From Laetmonice hystrix (Eukaryota), in assembly GCA_965235115.1 (NCBI GenBank), contig OZ249436.1, positions 7,442,001-7,506,000 on the forward strand: a stretch of DNA of 64,000 nucleotides, in the 5' to 3' direction. Below the pieces are notes generated by a model, which did not search any database, had not been told where the DNA came from, and saw nothing but the letters and a program-made list of their open reading frames with translations. Shown piece by piece: positions 39,091-60,897 of this stretch. Position 1 is the first letter of the stretch, and every line of letters begins with the position of its first letter. Position numbers and translations under genes: made by a program.

Positions 39091-42000
39091 GATACCCCTG
39101 CACACGGGGAGCTGCACTCACACTTGTGGTGCCATCTCTAGAGAAGGGGTCACCTGACAGTAATAATATAATAAATGTTGCCAAGATCATAGATTCAGTG
39201 GGCAACAGCGAGTAGATGAAGCAGGTGAGACTGCATGCAGCTGTATGTGACATCTTGTCTGTGTTCTGCCAGCATTAGCCTTTATACAGGGAGCTGCTGC
39301 TGTCATTGTTGCAAACCCAGATTGCCACTGTCCATTGAGTGCAAGAGATTTTACTAGGCACTGAGCTTAGAACAGCAGCCGAGGTGTCATCAGATTTCTT
39401 ACTGAGGTATTTTGGCCTGATACAGAAAACTTATAGACAAAGTTTTCTCACAGTGTACGTGAAGAATAATAGTGTGTATCTATCCTGCCCCAAAGTGAAA
39501 AAAAAATTATGGATTGAAGTTCATCAGATCTGCAAAAACTATGTATTTATAATTTATGTCTTCAAGATCATTGTTACTGGCTTTGGACGTGATGCTACCT
39601 GAAGCTAGGTGCCTCTAGATCTGGAGATGTTAATCAACTTCATTTTAATAGGAGATAATTTTCACTCACATTTACATAATTTATTCATATGTTACGTCCC
39701 TTTCGATAAGGGCATCTATTATAATGTAGCTCATTTGGCATAGGTTTGATGATTATCAGAATGATAGGTGTGTTATGTGAATATTGCCACTACAGGGATT
39801 AGATGTATCATGTAAATGCTAATAGAAAACAAATTATACTGGGGTTGTAAAGTTGTTTTATATATTAGTTTGAGACTATTTCAGATAAAGAATTTGTGAT
39901 GATCGTTTTATGATGATAAATAGTATATTCTTACTTACTCGTCTAAAGAAGGCTTTCCTTAAGGTGGAAGACAAATAAGCTTGTCCTTTTATGTTTGTAG
40001 GCGAGATACCCGTACTGTGAATACTGTGCATAGTGTGTATCATTATAAATATAAAGGTGTTCTTGGTCTATTTGAAACTAAATGATCTATTTCAATTTTT
40101 AGTGGTTTTTTAAAAGTGCAAAATAATACCGTCAGAATACTTTATGCAAACATTTGCTTGTGTTCAGAGTTGTAATGACGTATTGGTATTACTTGGGCCC
40201 GTTCCCCCTGCCAAGTGAGTAGAGACTGAGCTTGGACATCACCACGGAGAAAGGCCAACACAAAACACTGCAGAGCTCATTAAAAAAACATAATTAATTA
40301 ATGACTTAAAGTAAACCAAAACACTAGACCAAGAGCTGTAGTCTTGGGAGAAACAAACATATCAGTACTTGATTTTAATAGGGTATATTAAGTATTTAAG
40401 TAATTTGGATGAATAGGTTTGTATTTATCAGAGTAATTGGCGCTGATGCCAGAGGTAATGTACAGCGTGACATTCAATGTAAAGTCCAGGGTATGCACTG
40501 TCTGGGTAGTTATTAATCACTCAAAAATGAATCCAAGATGCACAAAGAATAGAAGGCGTATTCAAGAATATCCCGTTCTCGGCCTTTGGCAAGTTTAGTA
40601 TATATGGGTCATTAATCATGTGAAGTTCCTTGCCACACAAGCCTTGGGCCATACTGCAATTTTAGTGGGGAAGTTAGAATGGATGTGGACAATGGCGGTA
40701 AGAGTTCCCTCCACTGGTGGATTGGTGATACCCACCTAATCGTTTTGTGTCACATAAATCCAGTGAGTTTACGCCTCCGTGCATACTAATTTTACACACA
40801 AAAAAACTATTGTTGGATATTACTCAGACAGTGCACTCGTGTGATGGTACCCTCTTAAGGTATTGCAGTCTGAATGCATATATGTAGTTATAAAGGACCT
40901 GTAGGTAAAATGTTGTGGATAAGTGCGAGAAGTCCTGCCATTGAATGTAAACTGCAAAATTTATGTTATAGAAGTGCAAGAGAATGGTCTTGATGTCAGA
41001 AGGACAAAACTTTACTTTTCTTCTATAATCATAGAATTTTAGCGCCCAGTATAGTCAGTAAAGCGTACTTCTATTTCAGCCATCTGGTTGTTCTTGCAAA
41101 GACCTTTCTTTGTGTGGGTTGTATTTGTCATTAAATTAAAGGATAAAAAGTGCAAAATTGAGTACCTGAAATCAAAGATATTTTTAGACCTTTTCTGAGT
41201 CAAATAATTAGAGAAGGATCCAAAGCTTTTGTATATAAATCCGTGGAGACGGCCTAACATCACTACACCAAACAGCCAGCACGTAGGGAGCATGAAATTA
41301 GTGTACATTATAAAATTATTGTTCATTGCATGACGTATTAAGTATAGGAGTATATTAAACCCGTAAGCTCTATGTTAAAACACACACAAAAATTCAGCAA
41401 ACATCGGTGAAGAGGGACACTACGTGCCGAGGCCACACAAGAATAGCACCACTTTTTTTGTGTGAATTGCCAGTTTTAAAAAGAAATGTATACATTTGTT
41501 CTATGCCCCATGAAACATGAAGGCAACCTATGAGGAGGGGCACCCGTGTTAAGACCTTTTCAATGGTGAATGTTATTGTCTGGTGAAGCCATCCAAAACA
41601 TAGAATGGCTTTCTCTCTCCCCTAGCATAGCAAGTGTTCAATATCGAAAGAATCATGTAGAGGGCGTTTGTCGAATTCGTCACATAATGTAAGTTTAGCA
41701 AGGGCTGGTATATCGAAGTCAACGGAGACAGATATTTATTGGCATTGTTGACTTATTAGTAGAGCGAGGAACCATAAATGAACATACCTGGCTAGCATAT
41801 TATTGGCCATGTAGAGATTTTACTTGAAACAGGAACGAACTGTGCAGAGAACCTTTTAGTATTAAAATGTGATGACTGATTGCAATGACAAGCAATATAA
41901 GATAATTTTTATTGAGTTGCTTGTACATGTAGAGGTTCCTGACTCGGTATTAGGAAATTTAATGTCTGCGTAGCAGGGCCTCATCTTTGTCACTCAGTGA

Positions 42001-42908
42001 TATGCATTCTCAATAAAAAAATTAATTAAAAGAATCGTTTTTTCTAAGTTATATGTTGTCAGGCTTTCCCTGAAATCCAGGTCCTGGATGTTGTGTTGCT
42101 ATGCTGTAGAGCATAAGAACTTAGAGGCCCATCAATTAAAAGCCACAAAATCGACCCCGTCTCATATTAAACAACCTAGATTTACCTTCAATCTCGTAAT
42201 AAATTGGAAGGAAACAACTGCGCATGTACGTTGTAGTTGTAATACGGAGCAGTGTGTGCCATCAGTAATTGCCTTCCTTTGCTCCATCCAGCCACGCCAG
42301 TTTGCCATGACGGTATTTTGTAACCTCCATGGACTGCGCTCGGGCGACTAAACTCGTAATTTTCTTACATTTGTTGCCATTATTTGATTGCCATATTTAA
42401 ATATCATGTTGCTAAGGATGAAAGGTACGTTTAATATTTGGGTGGAATTGACGGAGTCCCTTTAAGCATTGTTTTGTTGTATGCTAAATTAATCTAATGT
42501 ATCAACAATTACCGGTACTTAGCAGGAAGATTTGTTAAAGAAGTATCAGGAGTTTAGAAAGCAATGAGAGCAGGTACAAATGAACTTTGTGATAACCTGT
42601 TTATTTGACATGAATAACAAAGTCTCCTGGTATATGCAGCGTTGCCGTTTTGGCAATACGTGATAAATGCTCTTGTTTATCAAATGCAGTATCCAACTTC
42701 GTGGACTCTCCAAATACTTTGTGGAGAATATTTGGGTAAATGACAAAATTTTCGAAATGTCTTCACCCTCACTCCTTACAGTATACATGCCATTATGTAT
42801 GTACTAGAGATTAACCTGGCTAGCCTCGTCATTAATAGTCTCTTTCCTATAACACCTGGTTCACCTAAAACACAACTCAAACTTTAAACCATTCACGATT
42901 ATCTTAAA

Positions 42909-43125
42909 AATGGAGAAATCTAATAAAATTCAACATTCCAGTTGCCTGTTGTCACTATGAAGTGATCAGCTTATGGCTGGTCGTTTGGTTGATTCATCGC
43001 CCGATTAATTTCATTGGCTGTTGAAGTCAATGCCAGGTCAACGATTTTGTCAACAACCAGCCATAAGACGATCACTTCATAGTACCACAGGCAACTGGAA
43101 TATTGAATTTATTAGATTTCTCTAT
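42909..43125. mobile_element. Palindromic MITE
   Basis: About 70 bp imperfect inverted arms (GAGAAATCTAATAAAATTCAACATTCCAGTTGCCTG ... CAGGCAACTGGAATATTGAATTTATTAGATTTCTC). Confidence 0.75.
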
Positions 43126-43387
43126 TTCTGTAGGTATACATTTATTGATTTATGTAGTCTAAGGCCTAAGAGAATAATAATCGTGAATGGCTTTAAAGTT
43201 ATATCTCTGAGCAACAACTTTATCACAGAAAAATATACACCATTTAAAACGGTGCCAGGGAATTCTGTGTCCCAGATTAAAGCAACACTTTTCTTCATGA
43301 AACATGGCACCATAGAATTAGGGAATCTATGACAAAACACTGAAACACACTCCTAGATTTGGATAGGCCTTACTGCTCACCTACCAG

Positions 43388-43507
43388 GGGCCTGTCTTAC
43401 TAAGGCTAGTTAATAACCAAATCGTTACATTAAGACAAGAGTGTACAGCCACCATTCACTACTATGTTATCGATCTGGTTATTAACCAGCCATAGTAAGA
43501 CAGGCCC
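43388..43507. mobile_element. Harbinger-like MITE with CAG TSD
   Basis: GGGCCTGTCTTACTAAGGCTAGTTAATAACC ... GGTTATTAACCAGCCATAGTAAGACAGGCCC flanked by CAG. Confidence 0.75.
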
Positions 43508-43856
43508 CAGGTCTATGAGAATATCCCTTAGCACCCGTTTGTAGCCCCAACACTACAGGCAGGTTTATAGTACCCGCCTACAATGTACAAGTCACCTGCT
43601 ACATTATGGAAATAATTTATCATACTGACCACCAAACGTAATCTTTATCTCAAACGTTTCTAAAGTTTCTTTTCATTCTTACTTTCAAACATTCAACCTT
43701 GCTCAAATTTACTACAAATTAAGATCAGCCCATACAATCACCTTGTTAACTAATTGAATCACCCACGACTACGGTGAAGTGTAGCCCTCGTGTCGACTGT
43801 GTACATTCTGCCAAATAAAAAGTTTTTGGCACGGGGAAATCGGGCAGACTGGTTTG

Positions 43857-46056
43857 TCATGTATGCCTTGTGTACCATATTATGTGGCAGCATTGTTCAT
43901 AGGAGAAGAATATACACCCAACTGATATGACTGCCTTGAGGAGGCTAGCAGTGAGACCTTTGTACAGGCCTCTCACTCCCTCCTCCCTGACAATAGTTCT
44001 TAGACAGTTTCCAAGTCCACGGAAATGCTGCATACGGCCAAACCCCAGCCGGCCATGCTCAAAACCCTGAACCTGCAGGCGTTTCTTGGAAAGGTCTAAT
44101 GGGTAGACAATGAGTTTGGCACCGATGCCTGCAAGCGAACCACACACGAAGCTCTGTATGGGACCTGAAATGCAAGGCAACAATTCGAGTGTGTCAACAG
44201 ATGCAGCCCAAGAGGTCATTATAAGAGAAACAGCATATATACACTCCCCAACTTAGAGAGTCATTTAGGAATGGACCATGTCATAGAAAATACATTAATC
44301 TGAATGACGTTGATGAATACATTTGTCATTTACAACTATCACGCCAGCTTTTTCTCAAAGTTGAAAATTTGTGGCATATCATTTGTAGCCTTGCCTTATT
44401 TACATGTAATATTTGCATACAATGTTCTTGAGGAATCTCTCACAAAAAACGCAAAGATTTTACACATGTCCATGAAAATTTTATGGTTTAGAGTAGAATT
44501 ACATTATTAACTAACGAAACCAAAACCAATCAACAGTTTTAGTTGTAACCATCATTGATATGAAAACGGCATAAGAATATTAATTATCTCTTATTAAGTC
44601 AAAACTGGCAAATCTTTATGAAGACAGCCAATTCTCATGCTAGTGCTCTATGAACTGGCGTTGTTTTAATTCCATCTTATAAATTTCTATCTTCACAGAT
44701 TTGTCCCTACTGTCAGACTAAAGGAATCCTGAACATGAAGTCTAGAACTGGGCTATAATCCAATTGGCTGATGATACTAAACCATCCTTACCAGCAGGAT
44801 ATGACTCCGTTCCATACAGATGTTTTTGCCACAGTCTGGTAAAAGCAGCATAGAAACCAAACTGGAACCCAGTCTGAGGCCCAATGGCCAGCACAGTCGG
44901 AAGGAGTCCCTTGTAGAGAGATCTAACGCCTTCTTGGCGAACCATCAGATTAGTTGCATTCAAGATGGACGTGTACACCTATTAAAATCAGAGTTCAAAA
45001 TTTAGCACAAATCTTTCAAATGATATTACCATCAGCCTGTTGCTGCTATTGTGATATTCTAATTTTGTCACAAAAAAATTTAATTTTGATGGACGACTTT
45101 GCTATAACTGCCGAATTTAAACTTCATTATTCATTTAAATATTTGGTTGAAAGCACGACTGGAATACTACATACTGGAATCTGGCAATACCTTTGGTTCT
45201 CCCTGTGCAATGAAGCGTGTCCTTATGACATCAAATGGCTGACACGTTATAGTGGCAAAGGTACCTGCTAAACCTCCACAGATGAAATGAGATATTGGCC
45301 TCAGAGTGATGGTGAAGTGGTCAGGCAGCAGTTCCCATACCTTCTTTGTCAGCAGCTCAAACGTCACAAACTGGAAACATTCCAATCTTTCCTTTAAAAT
45401 TTTAAATACTGTATAGGTGCTAAGGTATTTTCTGTCTGCCTTCATGTGAAAAAGTGGACAGATTTACTGGAATTTTATCATTCCATGCATGTTTGGAAAT
45501 TTATAAGATTTCACTGAACATTGTATCATGATGCAAACTGTGAGGCAGTACAATCTCAAAGGAGAATATACAAAATATATATTTGATTATTCAAATATTA
45601 CCTGCACAACACCATACAGCCCAGAAAGTATCTGAGCAGGGACGTGCCCCTTCCAGAGGGCAGCAATTCCCTCTTCCTTCAGGATTGTCTGGTAGGTTTG
45701 GACTATACTTTTGTATTTTGAGGTACGCATTTCTGCAATTGGTTCCACCTGAAGCTGTTTAAAACAAAAAAGGTGAAAAAAATAAGTTTAACTTGAATCA
45801 AATGTTTTCAGCCTCTGAAGATTTATATATATATGCAACAACTATATAAGATCTTGGTACGAATTAAAGTTCTAACAAACCGTGTCACTGATTGGCAAAA
45901 GGTCTTTTCTTTTTAAGTCTTTTCATTTACCTGAAGACGTATCTTGATGACATCGAAAGGCTGTATAACAACTCGGGTGAATATTCCACTGGCTGCTCCT
46001 GCTGTAGCATATTCAGTCTGTGTCAATCTCTCAATCTCTGGGTGAAAGCCTACCAT
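43857..46056 (-). CDS. SLC25A19: Mitochondrial thiamine pyrophosphate carrier (SLC25A19/TPC), about 317 aa, 5 coding exons
   Basis: Exons (minus strand): 45931-46056, 45602-45754, 45191-45370, 44792-44978, 43857-44164 (954 nt). Three carrier signature motifs [41 protein letters not shown]-terminus MVGFHP and WKGHVPAQ match the SLC25A19 subfamily. Confidence 0.93.
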
Positions 46057-47088
46057 GGCTAGGCTCTATCAGTTAATAAAAACCACTTTCCCAACATCCA
46101 TGTGGCCTACCCTAGAAAGACACATACCTGGAAATCCAAAAATAGAATCGGAATAAATATTTCAATACCGTGACTCTCTATAAAAATTAATTTCATGCTC
46201 AGTGGAAGAAATTTAGTACCAAAACAAAGGCCGCAAAGTTGCGATAACGGACCTTTTTGCAGAGCGTCCAAGAATCGCTGGGCCAGGGTAACTCGACAAC
46301 TAAACGGTGTTCCGGAAGACACCGTTTAGTCCAGTTGCCATCGAAAATGGCCCTCACCTCAAAACGGCCCCCGCCATAACTCTGTACTGAGCACGCGACG
46401 GTCACCACTTGGCCTACGTTAAGGGATCAGGTGTAGTCATAACTGGCACTGCAATTAGATTAAAAATGATTTCCTCCTCGACATACTGATTTGTGTCTGC
46501 TACGCCCGCCATGCTTACTATTGTCATACTATTGTATATTGTACTAGTATTTGCAGGAGCTTGTTTTAAAAGGATCTGTAAACAGGTAATACCCGCATGG
46601 TCGCCTGGCGCTTTTACTTAGTCCATACATCCTTATTTTTATTACCTAAACAGTGCTTGCCTTTTGAAATCTTCACAGGAGCGATCCATCACTCTCCTTA
46701 GTTATCCGAGGAGAGCTGAATCACTCTCCTAGAAATCGTTCCTGTCCCACATTTGGGTATTTCCAGGTAAACTCAGGGTAGTTTATAAGGTTTGGCATAG
46801 GTTAAAGAGGTCCTGGGAGCCATCTAGGAAATGACTGACTCATTAATGACTGGGGGACAAGGAGGAGACAGAGAGCGTTTTTGAGGTTGCCTCAGACTTG
46901 GCTGAGGGTTCACATCAGTCAGTGAAGTTGAGGGGCGCGATAAACAGCGCTTCTGAAACAGATTTTGCGGGCGCTTAGGGGCGCAAGCGCGATCGCGCCC
47001 GTCAAATGGCAAGGCCTGCCTAAATGAAATCAAGTCTCTTTAACCTGTAGTGTAGGCTAATCGACCCACACAGGTATAGCTGCCTGTC

Positions 47089-47356
47089 CAGGGCCCAGTT
47101 TTTTTGTTAACTTTTCCACCGTGAGCAAGGGTGAGCTGAGCTGAGCAATGGTGAGCAGAAGCTCATGCTCACCGTTTTGCTCACCGTTTTTGTTTTTTGG
47201 GGTGTTTTTCCGCGAGCTTGCTCATCATGAGCACGCCTCATGGAAAAAAGCAACCAAAAAAACATGAAAACAGCGAGAATGAGCTCACGCTCACCCTTGC
47301 TCAGCTCAGCTCACCCTTGCTCACGGTGGAAAAGTAAACAAAAAAAACGGGCCCTG
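47089..47356. mobile_element. MITE with long TIRs and GTGAGC sub-repeats
   Basis: About 60 bp inverted arms CAGGGCCC...TTTTCCACCGTGAGCAAGGGTGAGCTGAGCTGAGC and the reverse complement at the right end. Confidence 0.8.
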
Positions 47357-48779
47357 TACTCAGACTAATCGAGCACTTAGACTGATTCAGCACTGTGATG
47401 AAGGAGGCTGAACTGCGTTGGGGGCCATTTTCAATGTACACCTTGCTTTACTCCTGCGGTTTAGGCAGTAGTTATTCTGCCGGCATATGAATGGGTCATG
47501 TACTGCAATACTGGATTCTTAGGCTTATTGGATGATGTCTGAGGTTGACGGCAGACTTTATAGCGGATTATCTAATTAATTTGTGGTGCCTAATTTTCTT
47601 TTAAAAAACAACAATTTTGGGCAGGCAGCCGGCGAATAACAATTTTACCAGCCGCGAGTGACCGCCGTCCACCCGCAGCATCGATGGTGGATCCCCACTT
47701 TAACTTACACAGACTCACAGTAACAGTCGGACAGTGACAGTCGAGTGTCACTGTGATTGTCAGTGTCACTGTCAAGTGTCACACAACATTGTCAGCGGTT
47801 AGTCACTCAGTCACACACACAGTGTGTGCTTTGTGAGCCGCTGAGACCGAAGACAAGCCAACGAGCTTGAGCCAGTTGATGATCAAAATCACTACAATAT
47901 ACCTACCCTCACTGCCAAAGTACGCCTATTTAGTTTAGCACCCCAAAGCTGACATGTCTTTTGATCACACAAAATGTACCATGTCAATGTCGTCCGCAGG
48001 ACAGCGCCATTACCGGATGTTGCCTGCACAAAGAATTATGGGTAGGTCCAGGGATTTGTAAAATACTAAGTTTCTGACTTTGACACCAGATGGCGCCTCA
48101 GATCAAATTCCCGCGCCCTACTGGCGAGGACCAGTTTTCCACTATCACTAGGCTATATTTATTCAAGAATTCTTGCTATATTTTTACGTATGATATTTCC
48201 TGTGTATATCTATCTCAATATGACACTCTTTCTCCTTGGGCATTACTGAGACTAATCATTGATCTAGGCCTACAAAGTGTGTCCCACCTCGCGACCTGAG
48301 TCAGGGGTCAAAGGTTATGACATTTTGGTCGAAATTGAGTTTATTTTGTTAGTATTACGATTATCACATCATACATATATTGGCGCTAAACGTAAAACGT
48401 CGAGTGATTGAACCGTTTCCCTAATACATTGTAATTAGTATTTTGTCTTAGGCCTAAGCCTAGGCCTACTGCAAAGTTATAGCTCCATCTCGTAAAAACT
48501 GAATAAGTTGTGTACCTACATCATGACCGCCGGGGTCTCCGCTAGGGATCGTTCGGTCTGCCAACGGATCGACTTGCGCGGCGAGCGTGTTTTGAGGAAG
48601 ACATCGTCAGCTGTCCTAACATGCGCGAGAATGCCCGCCGCGCGCGGTCGGAAGAGTGCGGGAGGAAAGGTTCAAATGCGTGACTTTCTTGTGAGGGTCC
48701 AAAACACCAAGATCCGGCTCCCATTGCGGGTCATATAGGGGACAGGACCCCCTTAGCTCACCCTTTTTCCAAAATCCTG

Positions 48780-48853
48780 GGGGGGGGGGGGGGGGGGGGT
48801 TCAATAAGCGCGTCGTCGGTAGGAGGGTCCGACGCACTTATTGGAACACCCCC
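48780..48853. mobile_element. Miniature Harbinger-like element with CTG TSD inserted in the terminus of a GGATCCGCCC-family remnant
   Basis: G-run TTCAATAAG ... CTTATTGGAACACCCCC flanked by CTG; termini resemble 33378-34252; removing it restores AAAATCCTGGATCCGCCC. Confidence 0.65.
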
Positions 48854-50463
48854 CTGGATCCGCCCCATGGCTTCCTATTTAACCAAGGCCTTCTCCGAGA
48901 ATCTTTTCGGGCGATTTTCTTTTTCAAATAATGCGTCGTTTCTGCTAAAAGCATTGAGGGTAGTAATTAATTATAACGGTACAGCGTTTCGACGCCGAGA
49001 AACGCTACTCAAGAAAGTAATAGGTCACAATGCTAGTTGGCAAACTTTTGATCCTGACCGTTTGTGTCGCTGTGGTGGTAACACCAGTTGATGAAACGGT
49101 CACCTGATACACTTTTAGGAGGAAAGTCTGCGGGAGAACATAGAACGGTAGCATACAAGTCTTGTGTTAACAATCAAACTTTAATATCAAAGGTTGGTGA
49201 TATAAAGCAGAAGTTGCCATGTGTTTCAGGTTCAGTGCACTTTTTTTACACAGCAGTGATCAGGAACCAAATATAAAAATGACATCCATTATTTTGTTTC
49301 AACCATCAATACCGTAGTATTAAATACGACGTTGCTTTTTTTAGGTTTCATTTTGAATTGTAAAAATGTGTGAAAGTTTGCACAATTACACCTACTTTAC
49401 CTTCTCATACATACACACATACATACTTACATGTACATAATTATATGAGCGTTCTCTAAACAGAACGAAATAAGCATATACAAATAGAGCTCGACATGAT
49501 CAGATTGAAGTTATCCGGGTTACACATCAACGACAAAACAGTCACTGTTCACAGCGACAAAACTTAAAAGAAATCATTAGATCCAATACTTCAATCACCA
49601 ACTCTTAACCATTGGACTTCTTTTTTTATACTTTTTTCCTTTTTTACATTATGTTACAAGTAACCTGAGGTAATGAGTTTATTATATACACTTGGTCGAC
49701 CATGACAAAACACATATCGTATCCTCTGCTGACTGACACTGTTCTGTCGGAGTCTCCGGGATGGTACATAAGTAATTTTGTTTGTCTGTAATAATGCACG
49801 AATGTATATTTATCCCGTCAGTTCAGCTTTGTTTTCTCCCGCTGGGCCCAAACTATGAACTTGTACAGTCTTCCTCTGTTGACAACACATACCTCATCGA
49901 TATCACCTTCAGTAGGACGCTGCCACGCTGGCCAAAGCCATACAGCATTATTACCCTGTCGCCAAAACGACAGCATCCTTCTCAGGCTCGGCGGCGTTCT
50001 GTTGTTACCCTGGGTACGACCTCTTCCATACACGGATGACCTCTCCAATGTACCCTCGCCGGCTGTCCTCCACAAATCCTTTCCCCCAGCTCGGCATGTG
50101 CACTGTTTCATCAAAAGATGCGGCCCGATGTCCGGAAGCGTTGGTTGCTCACCAACCATTGTCCAGTCATTCTACATTTATACACACCCATATCCAACAA
50201 TATGATATTCTCTAGCCGAGTGGGTGAAAATGACAATTAAAAAGCCACACACATGAAGGAACTCACGAAAATCTGTGTGCGTTTAAACAGTCCTGTCTTG
50301 TTTGGATGACTTCGCAACACAGATCCGATCTTAATGTCTTCTTTTGTTTTTTGTTTTTTCTTCAGACTGACATCTGGATGTCTACAGTACAGTCTATGCT
50401 TTGATAATATTGTAACAAGCCCTGCATGGCTGGCGGCATGGCCTGGTATTCGTAGGACATGAC

Positions 50464-60897
<10,434 letters not shown>

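Noticed and set aside
48540..48600. 7SK or other structured RNA gene
   Set aside because: Only a GATC-closed hairpin is visible; no Pol III terminator or further conserved motifs could be identified by eye.
49782..50205. ORFs downstream of the UBALD stop codon
   Set aside because: No family resemblance; position fits the UBALD 3' UTR.
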